Shown: positions 1 to 11,025 of the stretch, piece after piece
Layout of the letters: each line of letters begins with the position of its first letter
How positions within the stretch are numbered: position 1 is the stretch's first letter
NCBI GenBank assembly: GCA_963664705.1
Contig: OY761556.1
Coordinates: 1,088,001 to 1,152,000 of the forward strand
Length of the DNA stretch: 64,000 nt
Direction: 5' to 3'
Origin: Acidobacteriota bacterium
GTDB taxonomy: Bacteria > Acidobacteriota > UBA6911
Position numbers and translations under genes: made by a program
Notes under the pieces: model-generated
Told to the model about the DNA's origin: nothing
Databases searched by the model: none
The model's input: only the letters and a program-made list of their open reading frames with translations

Positions 1-239
1 AAGCAGAACAGGCGCTGCTTGCTCAATTGGAAATTGAAGAGGTACCTGAAAGCCCTTCGAGAGATACCGCTGAGAGTTTCTTGAATGCTTTGCGAACAAT
101 GAGGCTGGCGGCACATAAACAGAGGATCCTTGCCGAAATCGCTGATGCGGCTCAACGGAATGACGATGAGTTGCTCAACCAACTTTTTGAGCAGCGGGTG
201 CAAGTGGATCGAGAACTGGTCAGCCTATCCAGGAAATAG
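1..239 (+). CDS. dnaG: DNA primase, C-terminal helical (DnaB-binding) end; truncated by window start
   Basis: Frame is open from the window edge; all-helical tail (RQRILAEIADAAQRNDDELL); sits directly before rpoD as in the conserved dnaG-rpoD order. Confidence 0.7.
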   Translation, partial: AEQALLAQLEIEEVPESPSRDTAESFLNALRTMRLAAHKQRILAEIADAAQRNDDELLNQLFEQRVQVDRELVSLSRK

Positions 240-254
240 CAGGGAAAGGAGACA

Positions 255-1955
<1,701 letters not shown>

Positions 1956-1971
1956 AAGCAAGGAAACAATC

Positions 1972-2035
1972 GGCCACGAATTTTGCGAATTGCACGAGCT
2001 CCTTCGTGTAATTGGTGAAATTCGTGGCCTTTTTT
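1972..2035 (+). terminator. Long hairpin plus U-tract after rpoD (REP-like palindrome acting as intrinsic terminator)
   Basis: GGCCACGAATTT...AAATTCGTGGCC outer stem, AATTGCACGA/TCGTGTAATT inner stem, then TTTTTT. Confidence 0.7.
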
Positions 2036-2076
2036 GATAGGACTATAGCATTACTCCAACTCGCGAAGGAGGCTAT

Positions 2077-2877
2077 GTGCCTAAAAACAAACCGGTCAGA
2101 CAAAAGCTGGACACGAAGACCTACGAAAAGGAACTCGAAAAACTGCAGATTGAGCTGGTGCGACTGCAGGAATGGGTCAAAAACAAGGGCTTGAAAATAG
2201 TCGTGATCTTCGAAGGTCGGGACGCGGCGGGGAAGGGAGGCGTCATCAAACGCATCACGGAAAGCCTGAATCCCCGTCTCTGCCGAGTCGAAGCGCTGGG
2301 CACTCCCACCGAGCGGGAGAAGACGCAATGGTACTTTCAGCGCTACGTCGCCCGGCTTCCCGCCGCGGGGGAGATGGTGCTGTTCGACCGCAGTTGGTAC
2401 AACCGTGCCGGCGTCGAGCGTGTGATGGGCTTTTGCACGGAAGAACAGTACCTAGAGTTTATGCGATCCTGCCCGGAATTCGAGCGCATGCTGGTGCGTT
2501 CGGGGATTATTCTCATCAAGTACTGGTTTTCTGTCAGCGATGAAGAGCAGGAAGAGCGGTTCCAGGACCGGATGAAAGATCCGACGAAGCGCTGGAAAAT
2601 AAGTCCGATGGATATTCAGGCCCGGGCGCATTGGGTGGATTACTCGCGGGCAAAGGACGAGATGTTCGTCCATACCGATATCAAGCAGGCGCCCTGGTAT
2701 GTCGTGAACGCCGACAACAAAAAGCGGGCAAGGCTGAACTGCATTCACCATCTGCTGAGTCTTATCTCCTACAAGGATTTGACTCCTGAATCGATCAAGC
2801 TTCCGCCCCGGCAAAAGGACGACAGCTATGTTCGTCCGCCCATTACGGACCAGAATTTTATTCCCGAAATCTATTGA
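2077..2877 (+). CDS. ppk2: Polyphosphate kinase 2
   Basis: EGRDAAGKGG Walker A, WYFQRY, LFDRSWYNRAG, RWKISPMD lid; GTG start after AAGGAGG. Confidence 0.96.
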   Translation: MPKNKPVRQKLDTKTYEKELEKLQIELVRLQEWVKNKGLKIVVIFEGRDAAGKGGVIKRITESLNPRLCRVEALGTPTEREKTQWYFQRYVARLPAAGEMVLFDRSWYNRAGVERVMGFCTEEQYLEFMRSCPEFERMLVRSGIILIKYWFSVSDEEQEERFQDRMKDPTKRWKISPMDIQARAHWVDYSRAKDEMFVHTDIKQAPWYVVNADNKKRARLNCIHHLLSLISYKDLTPESIKLPPRQKDDSYVRPPITDQNFIPEIY

Positions 2878-2880
2878 AAT

Positions 2881-2947
2881 TGCAGGTTCCCGGTTTCAGA
2901 TTCCATGTTGCGGCCGGGAACATGGGACCTGAAACCGGGAACCTGCA
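2881..2947. repeat. ~29-bp imperfect inverted repeat with 7-bp periodicity after ppk2
   Basis: TGCAGGTTCCCGGTTTCAGATTCCATGTT / AACATGGGACCTGAAACCGGGAACCTGCA. Confidence 0.7.
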
Positions 2948-3027
2948 GTGCAGCGCAGAATGCATATTGAAATCCGCTCGGAATCCCAATATCCTGCCTA
3001 GTTCTATTAACTGAATCGGGTGCAATC

Positions 3028-6018
3028 GTGGCATATCGCATAGAGATCGGGCTGAAGCGTGGGATCCGGGATCCCCGCGGGCGCGCCGCCGTGGCAAAGA
3101 CCCGGCGCTTTCTTCGTATCCCCGTCGAATCCTGCCAGACACGGGATGTCTACAAGGCGGATCTGTCGCTCTCTCCCAAAGAACTGCGCATGATCCAGAA
3201 GGCCTTTACCGATCCGGTGATTTCACGCTCCGCGTTGGATCGACTGGCTCCTCCAGCTTTTGACTGGCTTGTGGATGTCGGATTCAAACCTGGAGTGACC
3301 GACAACGTCGGAACCACTGCCCGGGCTCTTGCCCAAGATCTGCTGGAACGATCCCTGGACCACTCGGAATGGGTATACACCGCGATCCAGTATTTTATCC
3401 GCGGGAGCAAGCTGACACGCGCCGATGTGGAGCGCGTCGCGCAAGACCTCCTGGCCAATACCCTGATCCAGACAATTCAGGTGTTCTCCAGCGAGGAATG
3501 GGCGGCAACGCCGGTCGATTGCAGCGTGCCGGCCATCCGCGAGCAGAGCGACATTCGCGTGGGCTCCTATGATTTGAGCGGTTCGGATGCGGACCTTATG
3601 CGCATCAGTCGCGAAGGCATCCTGTCGCTGAGCCTCGAGGAAATGCACACAATTCGCGATTACTTTGCATCCGGGAGAGTGAAGGAAGCCAGAGTCGCCC
3701 TTGGGCTCCCGGAACAGCCAACGGATGTCGAATTGGAATGCATCGCGCAGACATGGTCCGAGCACTGTAAGCACAAAATATTTGCCGGCCGCGTCCACTA
3801 TGTAGATGAACAGGGGCGTGAAGAGTGGATCGATTCGCTCTTCAAAACCTATATTCGTAATGCCACCGAGAAGATCGGCAGGGAAATCGACTGGCTGGTT
3901 TCGGTCTTCAGCGACAATGCCGGAATCATCCGTTTCAACGATCGTTTCAACATTGCCTATAAAGTCGAAACGCATAATTCTCCCTCGGCGCTTGATCCGT
4001 ACGGTGGTGCAATTACGGGCATCGTCGGTGTAAATCGCGACCCGATGGGGACGGGTGTGGGATGCGAGATGGTTGCCAACGTCTGGGGATATTGCCTCGG
4101 GTCTCCGTTCTACGAAGGGGATCTTCCCGAGGGCTTGATGCATCCTAACCGGATTCGCGATGGCGTCCACCAGGGAGTGATTGATGGTGGCAACCAGAGC
4201 GGCATCCCCTGGGCCCGGGGATTTGAGCGCTTTGATGAACGGTATATCGGCAAGCCGCTTGTGTACTGCGGCACCATTGGTCGCATCCCGCGACTGCTGC
4301 AGGATCGTCCTTCTGAACGTAAGGAAATCTTTCCCGGGGATGTGATTGTGATGTGCGGCGGGCGCATCGGGAAGGACGGCATCCATGGCGCAACGTTTTC
4401 GTCTGAGGAATTGAGGAAGGAATCCCCCGCGCAAGCCGTGCAGATCGGCGATCCGATTACGCAGCGCAACCTGTATGAATTCCTGGTGGAAGCCCGGAAT
4501 CTGGGCTTGTACCGGGCCATCACCGACAATGGCGCCGGTGGTTTGAGCTCATCCATCGGCGAGATGAGCCGCCTGAGCGGTGGAGCCGACCTGGATCTGG
4601 CAAAAGCTCCGCTGAAATATGAGGGGCTGCAGCCCTGGGAAATTTTTCTTTCAGAAGCGCAGGAGCGAATGTCGCTTGCGGTGCAGCCGGAAAAACTGGA
4701 AGAACTGCTTGCGCTTGCCTCGCGCCGCGAAGTCGAGGCAACGGCTCTGGGCACCTTCACGGACAGCGGTGCTTTGATGGTGCGGTTTGGCGATCGCGTT
4801 GTCGCGCGGCTCGAACTGGAATTTCTCCACGAGGGCGACCCCCGCATGCTGCTGGAGGCTCGCTGGCAACCCCCGCAGATCCCGTTGCCAAAGCTCCCAC
4901 GCAAGGGAATGCGCAACCGGAAACTGGTCGAAATCCTGCGGGCTCTGAATGTCTGCTCCAAGGAATTTAAATCGCGCCAATACGACGGTGAAGTCAAAGG
5001 CCTCAGCGTGGTCAAGCCGTTTGTCGGCGTCCAAAGCGATATCCCGAGCGATGCTACGATCATGCGCGTAGAACACGGCTGTGGTGAAGGAATCGTGCTG
5101 GCCGAAGGCATCAATCCGTTCTATTCCGATCTCGATACCTATCATATGATGGCCAGCGTGATTGACGAAGCTGTGCGTCGGATTGTCAGCGTTGGCGGCC
5201 ATCCGGATCGGATCGCAGGCTTGGATAATTTCTGCTGGCCGGATCCGGTCTTCTCTGAAAAGACGCCCGATGGCCATTACAAAATGGCGCAGCTGGTGCG
5301 CGCGAATAAGGCGCTGTACGACATCACAACCGGCTTTGGGGTTCCTGCCATCTCCGGCAAGGACAGCATGAAAAATGATTCGGTGCGGGGCGGACGCAAG
5401 ATTTCCATCCCTCCAACCGTGCTCTTCTCCACCATCGGACGCATGGATGACATCGGCTGTGCCGTCACCTTGTTCTTCAAAAATCCGGGCGATATCATTT
5501 TTGTCGTCGGATCTACAGCCAACGAACTTGGCGGCTCGGAGTATTTCCGGCTGCTTGCACGGGAACAGGGGAATCCGTCATCCTACGGGGGCGAAGTACC
5601 GAAACTGAATGTGGATCGCGCCCGTGCAACCTACGCGGCCATGCATCTGGCTATTTGCGGGGGGCTGCTTCAATCCTCGCATACGCCGACGCTGGGAGGA
5701 TTGGCCTCCGCTTTCGCGCTTCCTGCCATTGGCGGAGACCTTGGTGCGGATATCGATCTCTCCGGACTTGTCTGTGACGGCATGCTCGAGGATGATGCAA
5801 AGCTTTTTTCCGAATCCAACAGCCGGTTTGTCGTCAGCTGTGCGCCGGACTGCGAAGATGCATTGACCGCGCTTTTTCAGGATTTGCCTATCGCGCGGGT
5901 GGGGAAGGTTACAGCGGAGAAGCAGGTCCGGATTTCGGGGCAGGATGGACGAAAGCTCGTGGATATAGATGTTGATGCGCTTCGGCGTGCATTCAAGGAA
6001 ACATTGTATGGCGTCTGA
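3028..6018 (+). CDS. purL: Phosphoribosylformylglycinamidine synthase synthetase subunit (long form with N-terminal PurS-like region)
   Basis: QTWSEHCKHKIF, KVETHNSPS, TDNGAGGL, SEAQERM, DNFCWPDP, ISGKDS, LFSESNSRF. Confidence 0.95.
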   Translation: MAYRIEIGLKRGIRDPRGRAAVAKTRRFLRIPVESCQTRDVYKADLSLSPKELRMIQKAFTDPVISRSALDRLAPPAFDWLVDVGFKPGVTDNVGTTARALAQDLLERSLDHSEWVYTAIQYFIRGSKLTRADVERVAQDLLANTLIQTIQVFSSEEWAATPVDCSVPAIREQSDIRVGSYDLSGSDADLMRISREGILSLSLEEMHTIRDYFASGRVKEARVALGLPEQPTDVELECIAQTWSEHCKHKIFAGRVHYVDEQGREEWIDSLFKTYIRNATEKIGREIDWLVSVFSDNAGIIRFNDRFNIAYKVETHNSPSALDPYGGAITGIVGVNRDPMGTGVGCEMVANVWGYCLGSPFYEGDLPEGLMHPNRIRDGVHQGVIDGGNQSGIPWARGFERFDERYIGKPLVYCGTIGRIPRLLQDRPSERKEIFPGDVIVMCGGRIGKDGIHGATFSSEELRKESPAQAVQIGDPITQRNLYEFLVEARNLGLYRAITDNGAGGLSSSIGEMSRLSGGADLDLAKAPLKYEGLQPWEIFLSEAQERMSLAVQPEKLEELLALASRREVEATALGTFTDSGALMVRFGDRVVARLELEFLHEGDPRMLLEARWQPPQIPLPKLPRKGMRNRKLVEILRALNVCSKEFKSRQYDGEVKGLSVVKPFVGVQSDIPSDATIMRVEHGCGEGIVLAEGINPFYSDLDTYHMMASVIDEAVRRIVSVGGHPDRIAGLDNFCWPDPVFSEKTPDGHYKMAQLVRANKALYDITTGFGVPAISGKDSMKNDSVRGGRKISIPPTVLFSTIGRMDDIGCAVTLFFKNPGDIIFVVGSTANELGGSEYFRLLAREQGNPSSYGGEVPKLNVDRARATYAAMHLAICGGLLQSSHTPTLGGLASAFALPAIGGDLGADIDLSGLVCDGMLEDDAKLFSESNSRFVVSCAPDCEDALTALFQDLPIARVGKVTAEKQVRISGQDGRKLVDIDVDALRRAFKETLYGV

Positions 6019-6814
6019 AATTCCCATTTTGGTTATCACCGGCTACGGCCTCAATTGCGAAGCAGAATCCAAATACGCGTGGGAGCTTGCGGGAGCAAAT
6101 CCCGAACTGGTCCATTTCAGCGAGCTGCTTGCCAACCCGTCCCTGCTCCGAAATTATGCCGGGCTGATGTTTGGCGGCGGGTTTGCCTACGGGGATCACA
6201 TGACGTCCGGCCACGTTTTTGCCGCGCGCTTCCGTCATCGTCTCAGCGGAGAGTTGAAGGACTTTATTGATCAGGGAAAACTGATCATCGGCGTATGCAA
6301 TGGGTTTCAGATCATCGTGAAACTCGGACTGCTGCCCGGCCTGGATAATGATTATTTTACCCAGACCGTTTCGGTTATTCAGAACGACTGCGGAACGTTT
6401 CAGAATTACTGGGTACGACTTCGCTTCGAATCGGAATCTCCCTGTGTTTTCACCCGGGGCCTGGAGCACATGCTGCTGCCGGTACGGCATGGAGAAGGGA
6501 AGGTATTTACCCTGGACAAGGGATTGCTGCAAAGACTGGAGGACGCGGGCTGTGTGCCGTGCCGTTATTCCGATCCGTTGACGGGCGCAGCGACCCAGGA
6601 GTTTCCACACAATCCAAACGGTTCGCTCCATTCAATTGCCGGCCTGTGTGATCCGACGGGCCGTATCTTTGGGTTGATGCCGCATCCGGAGGCCTATATT
6701 TATCCGGAGAACCATCCTCAATGGGAACTGCAGAGGCAAAGCGGTACGCTTCCGGAGCATGGGCTTGGGCTGGCATTCTTCCGCAACGCCGTCAACCATC
6801 TGAAAAGCATCTGA
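6008..6814 (+). CDS. purQ: Phosphoribosylformylglycinamidine synthase glutaminase subunit
   Basis: GGFAYGD, GVCNGFQ, RHGEG, GLMPHPE catalytic triad; ATG overlaps the end of purL. Confidence 0.95.
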   Translation: MASEIPILVITGYGLNCEAESKYAWELAGANPELVHFSELLANPSLLRNYAGLMFGGGFAYGDHMTSGHVFAARFRHRLSGELKDFIDQGKLIIGVCNGFQIIVKLGLLPGLDNDYFTQTVSVIQNDCGTFQNYWVRLRFESESPCVFTRGLEHMLLPVRHGEGKVFTLDKGLLQRLEDAGCVPCRYSDPLTGAATQEFPHNPNGSLHSIAGLCDPTGRIFGLMPHPEAYIYPENHPQWELQRQSGTLPEHGLGLAFFRNAVNHLKSI

Positions 6815-6935
6815 CTGGGAGCGCTGCCGTCTCGGCGAATGCCCGCGTATTATTTGCTCTAAGCCCTGCGACGCGATTGAATCCACAGGCCCGGAGAAGG
6901 GGCGTGGGGCTCAGAGCAATATAAGCTCGGCTCAT

Positions 6936-7691
6936 TTACTGAGAGGCAGAACCCGGGACAACCGGCATCACCGTATATAAGCCTTGGTTTTGAGCCAATG
7001 TCGTCAGGATGAAACTGGCGCCGGAGTTCGAGGAAAAGACGATCGTTCCCCGGAAACTATCGAGCGACGGGAAATCCTGGTATACATACCGGGATATTTT
7101 GTTTTTCGGTAGCAGCGGAACAAGCTTGGGCGTGTCGAGGGGGATTCCATCTTCGGAAAAGGCTTCCATCGTCACGATCATGGCTTCGGTCCCAGGGTTT
7201 GCGATCGCGTATGCCGTGTCGAGTTCCAGGTCCGGCTCATAGTCTACCGCTATCGTCGCTGATGTTGTGGGAGGATAGGCCAACACACCAGCGATACTTT
7301 TTATGATTACCCCCGATTCGGCATATTCAAAAGTGGCGATGCCTGTGATCGTGCCGCCCTCCCCCTCATATTTTGCCCATCCAGTTCGGAGGGCAGATCC
7401 CTGCATCCGGTACGAGCTCACGCCTTTCGAGCTGACCTCAATTTCGATCGGAGTTCTTGGATTCCCGGCGGGATCCCAGAACCAAAGCGCCCCAATGGCT
7501 GGAGTACTTCCGGTGTTGATAAAGGTGAAGGTAGTGGCGAATCCTCCTCCGGCGGCATAGTGGGGAAAGTAGATATTGAAAGGTACGCTCTGATCGGTTT
7601 GTCCGCTGGAAGCGGCGGGCCAGATCATCATTGCTAGAATAGCCAGACAGAACAGCCGATTCCAAAGACAAATCCCTCGGTGCAATTTCAT
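6936..7691 (-). CDS. Secreted hypothetical protein made of one copy of the beta-rich YFPxxAxGG...TTFxxxN module
   Basis: Signal peptide (LFCLAILAMMIWPAASSGQ); resembles the N-terminal modules of the 1464-aa and 898-aa proteins. Confidence 0.75.
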   Translation of the reverse strand: MKLHRGICLWNRLFCLAILAMMIWPAASSGQTDQSVPFNIYFPHYAAGGGFATTFTFINTGSTPAIGALWFWDPAGNPRTPIEIEVSSKGVSSYRMQGSALRTGWAKYEGEGGTITGIATFEYAESGVIIKSIAGVLAYPPTTSATIAVDYEPDLELDTAYAIANPGTEAMIVTMEAFSEDGIPLDTPKLVPLLPKNKISRYVYQDFPSLDSFRGTIVFSSNSGASFILTTLAQNQGLYTVMPVVPGSASQ

Positions 7692-7800
7692 AGCTCGTTT
7701 CTCCGGTTTCTGTTTCCAGCCGAGGGGGGAAGGTGGCAAACCAAGCCAGCTGAAATTATGGTAGCACAGGAGGGATAATGCGGAAGAGGCGGGTTTTTCC

Positions 7801-7834
7801 CAAGAAGGCTCAAAGCCATCTTTGAGCCTTCTTG
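7801..7834 (-). terminator. Perfect 15-bp hairpin, probable terminator of 7844-8539
   Basis: CAAGAAGGCTCAAAG-ccat-CTTTGAGCCTTCTTG, 10 bp past the stop codon. Confidence 0.65.
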
Positions 7835-7843
7835 ACTTTCTGG

Positions 7844-8539
7844 CTATGCGGGACGCTTCTTGCCTATTCGCGTGTAGAACTCTTCCGGGATGTCCGCTGG
7901 ATTCTTGTAGAACGTGAATTTGCAGGATCCGTTATTGATCGGTTCCTTTACGATATGAGTCGCGCCGAAATCACCGGCGTTTTCGATCTGAAGCATTTCC
8001 ATAACAGGGCAGTGCACGCAGTAAATTGGAAAATCCTTCATGCCCCAAGTAATCCGATGCGGCTCAGTAATGGTAGCCAACCCGACTTCCGGCGTGTATC
8101 CGCCTTTCTGTATAATCCGTTCGCCTGATCCGCATGGCTGCATTGTCAGACAAATTTTTGCATCATCTTCCTCGATTGTTATTGGCTGAAAATGCCCGCG
8201 CAACCCCGCGGCCAAACCCTGGACGAGTGAGCGGATGTCCGTTCTTTTCGGTGGTTTGAATACCGCTCTCGCTTCAACCGTGTGGGCAAATCTTTCCGCT
8301 TCCTCCACGGCGTCGACGCCGTGTTTCTCGTAAATGTATGTCAGCAGCCCGGAAACCCAGAACATGTATCCATCGTGAAGATAGTTGAATTCTTTTTGCA
8401 TCCGCTGTGCCAGCGTTTTGGCTTTGTCCTTGTCTCCGGCTTCGATGGCCTCGAGAACGAGATCCATCGTCCGTGTACCCATTTGCTTGAGTTCTTCATC
8501 TGTGAATAATCTGCTGCCGCTCATGTAGATAGTCTCCAT
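7844..8539 (-). CDS. Hypothetical cytoplasmic protein with Cys cluster (V4R/ATC-hydrolase-like metal site possible)
   Basis: Clean 231-aa ORF; PCGSG, YCVHC and SCKF motifs. Confidence 0.7.
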   Translation of the reverse strand: METIYMSGSRLFTDEELKQMGTRTMDLVLEAIEAGDKDKAKTLAQRMQKEFNYLHDGYMFWVSGLLTYIYEKHGVDAVEEAERFAHTVEARAVFKPPKRTDIRSLVQGLAAGLRGHFQPITIEEDDAKICLTMQPCGSGERIIQKGGYTPEVGLATITEPHRITWGMKDFPIYCVHCPVMEMLQIENAGDFGATHIVKEPINNGSCKFTFYKNPADIPEEFYTRIGKKRPA

Positions 8540-8675
8540 AGAAGTTTTGGTTCCGGCCTGTCAACTGAGATTTAAGTGCCACCCGCATTGTTTCGGTCAT
8601 CTCGGCTCAATACGGACAGGTGAATCCGGATATTCAAAGCGAGTCCGTCTATGAATTTGTTGTGATCGTAACAGC

Positions 8676-9152
8676 GTGCCGAGATGCACACAACAAATAA
8701 GTATCAAAAAGTGGGCCAATATCGACCTGCGCCGGATCGACACACTGCCAATCAACCGCAGGCTGGTGGAAGTTCTAGCCCAGATTGAGAATTCGGCCAG
8801 GAGTGAGTGGGTTTTTGCAAATCGTGACTGGAAACCGCCCAAATCGATTAGAACTGCCTTTGAAACTGCCTGCCGAAATGCTAAATTATCCGACGTCACT
8901 CCGCATACTCCGCGGCAAACGTTTGCGAGCCGGTTGGGAATGCAGGGGGCAGGGGATCGAACCCTCCCGGTACTAGGACGCTGGAAGGAACCGAAGATGA
9001 TCCGCCGTTATGTCCAGCTCAGTGAACAGCATCTGAGGGAAACGGTGGAACGGCTCGTGGAAAACTCCCCAACAAATTTTACTACACTTGCCAATGAAGC
9101 CCCGGTTGGTGTAGCCTCTAAAATCAGTCCTATCAGTTATATGGGCCCATAG
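8676..9152 (+). pseudogene. Tyrosine recombinase/integrase C-terminal remnant
   Basis: KWANIDL, VTPHTPRQTFASRL (decayed HxLRH), LGRWK, MIRRY; N-terminus missing; runs into the tRNA. Confidence 0.85.
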
Positions 9153-9216
9153 CTCAGTTGGTTAGAGCAGCTGACTCATAATCAGCGGGTCGGGGGTTCA
9201 AGTCCCTCTGGGCCCA
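9143..9216 (+). tRNA. tRNA with CAT anticodon, most likely tRNA-Ile2 (lysidine type); CCA not encoded
   Basis: GGGCCCA/TGGGCCC acceptor stem, AGCTCAGTTGGTTAGAGC D arm, GCTGA-CTCATAA-TCAGC anticodon arm, GGTTCAAGTCC T arm; C4-G69/C5-G68 and paired 1-72 argue against initiator. Confidence 0.9.
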
Positions 9217-9445
9217 CTCAAAATCCTCAGGACCTTACAGCTTTTCCTCAAGTTCCAAAAGCCTCCGGGGCAGCGCCTGAGTAGCAAAGCCTTGTGCTGG
9301 CGTCGCCATCAAAAATCTCGAGGTGTTGGTTATGCTAAAGCCTCTACATACATCGGTTAACTGAACTATGGAGAGGCCAGCCAGCAATGAGCATCCAGGT
9401 TTTCAGGCGCTCTGATGCCACGAAGACTCCATTTTTATTTTCGGG

Positions 9446-9658
9446 TTGCTTTGCATGTTTGAAGAAGGCCCTGGCGGATTCAAGGGCGGCATGAGCGCAG
9501 AGAAGTATATTCGTATCACATCGACTTCGCGTGCCACGGCCACGCGTGATTTGCAGGACCTTGTCGAAAAGGGCGCTCTCATTCGCCGCGGCGAGCTGAA
9601 ATACACTCGATATTTTTTGGGAGTCGATCCGGGCATCACTAATGCCGGCCTTCAATGA
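9446..9658 (+). pseudogene. C-terminal winged-helix fragment of a Fic-family protein
   Basis: GPGGFKGGMSAEKYIRITSTSRATATRDLQDLVEKG...TRY resembles the HTH tail of long Fic proteins; no Fic HPFxDGNGR domain upstream. Confidence 0.7.
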
Positions 9659-9760
9659 ATCGATCTCCGGAGCAACGAAAGAACGCCATTATTTCTGAAG
9701 CTGCATTTTTCTGCAGTGCGCATGGGCGCGACTTCGAAACATAATCGCGCCACCACGCGA

Positions 9761-10807
9761 TCAAGAAAGAAAGATCTTGCGCGACTGCGCATAGACCTCA
9801 TCGGCGAATGCCGGAGTCAGCATAGGCGCGGCGTAATGGCCCAACTGCGCACTTCTTCCCGGGATGCTGAAGCGTTCAGCGTATTCGCGGCCGCGACGGC
9901 GCTGTTCTTCCTCGCTTGTTGTCTCAGGGTCAAATGATTCCGGCACCACGGAAATGCAGATCTTGTCGCCGACATCCTCCCAGAGCCGTGCGGTATCGTT
10001 CATTATCTGCGGATCCCAGGCGTCGAAGCCGGCATCGATGAAACACTGGACCCGGGCTTCGCCGTGGCCGCAGGAGTGCAGCGTAACATAGCGGCCCTTT
10101 GAATGGATGTGGTCGTTCAGTTCTTTCATATAGGGGACGATCATCCTGGCAACATCCATCGAGAAAAACGGCGCGCGCTGGGCCGCCCAATCGTCATGGA
10201 TATTGAAACCATCCAATCCCGGCCAGTAAGTGCAAAACTTATCCACCAGCTTGCATCCAAGATCCGTCAACTCGGCAAACAGCGCCTTGATCGCATCGAT
10301 CTGGTCGTCGTCAATGATCGCCATTGCGGCAGGCGCGAATTCCATTAGGGACACCAGCCGTTCAAAGCAAAAACCGTTGATAAACGTCATCATGGTGGAC
10401 ACGCGGCTGTCGAGTTTTGTCTTTTCGACCTCCCCCGCCCAGTCCCACGTGTCAATATCCGGCATCTTGATTTTATCTTTCCATTCATTGGCGTTTTGCA
10501 GAAAGGGCTTGCCCGGGCGCACCATCGAACCGCCGGCCGATTCCACCCATTCCCACTGTATGCCGAAAGCGTCCGTAATCCCCCCGGGGCCGCCGCGCCC
10601 CAGCTGATTGTTGTAAAGTGCGGGCAGAATCATGGCGGAATCTCCGGGCAGCGGCATCCAATAAGGATGTTTTTCGAAGAAAAGCGCCGAGATATTCTCT
10701 CGCGGCGTGACTGGGGTATCCCGAAGCGGATTTCCGGGACCGAAAAATGCGGGCAGAGTATCGATTACGCGCAGCTCATTCGGAACATACGGAATACGTC
10801 TTTTCAT
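9761..10807 (-). CDS. URO-D-family corrinoid methyltransferase-like protein
   Basis: DAFGIQW, FERLVSLM, IHDDW, LHSCG (HxC Zn motif), WDPQ; AGAGGAG RBS. Confidence 0.85.
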   Translation of the reverse strand: MKRRIPYVPNELRVIDTLPAFFGPGNPLRDTPVTPRENISALFFEKHPYWMPLPGDSAMILPALYNNQLGRGGPGGITDAFGIQWEWVESAGGSMVRPGKPFLQNANEWKDKIKMPDIDTWDWAGEVEKTKLDSRVSTMMTFINGFCFERLVSLMEFAPAAMAIIDDDQIDAIKALFAELTDLGCKLVDKFCTYWPGLDGFNIHDDWAAQRAPFFSMDVARMIVPYMKELNDHIHSKGRYVTLHSCGHGEARVQCFIDAGFDAWDPQIMNDTARLWEDVGDKICISVVPESFDPETTSEEEQRRRGREYAERFSIPGRSAQLGHYAAPMLTPAFADEVYAQSRKIFLS

Positions 10808-10918
10808 CGCGGACTCCTCTAGTAAAGTGAGGAAACAGGGAATGCCAGGTCCGAGGTCCAATGAAGAGCCTGGAATCCAAACCGGCAGCCGATGCTTCCC
10901 ATCCATGTCGCATGCCCG

Positions 10919-10976
10919 AAAAGCGGGGCGGAAGTGCCGCGCCGACCATTTCGGCGCTCGTTTTACTTCCGCCCCG
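10919..10976 (-). terminator. Hairpin terminator after 11026-11964
   Basis: CGGGGCGGAAGT...ACTTCCGCCCCG stem with inner GCGCCGA/TCGGCGC stem and short U run on minus strand. Confidence 0.6.
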
Positions 10977-11025
10977 TTCTATGCTGCACGGCAGGTGATT
11001 CCAGCTGAGAACTCGTCCTGCAGGG

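Noticed and set aside
9143-9216. Initiator or elongator tRNA-Met assignment
   Set aside because: There are no three consecutive G-C pairs in the anticodon stem and position 1-72 is paired; the acceptor stem fits Ile2 better, though elongator Met is not fully excluded.
10808-10920. Possible cobalamin riboswitch upstream of the methyltransferase (GGGAA, CTGCC fragments)
   Set aside because: The core elements (CCCGCxACTGT and a properly spaced B12 box) could not be found; an Infernal RF00174 scan would settle it.
10948-10957. ATTTCGGCGC shared between this hairpin and the one at 62291-62300, both upstream of URO-D genes
   Set aside because: Only 10 bp in GC-rich hairpins with otherwise different stems; plausible by chance.
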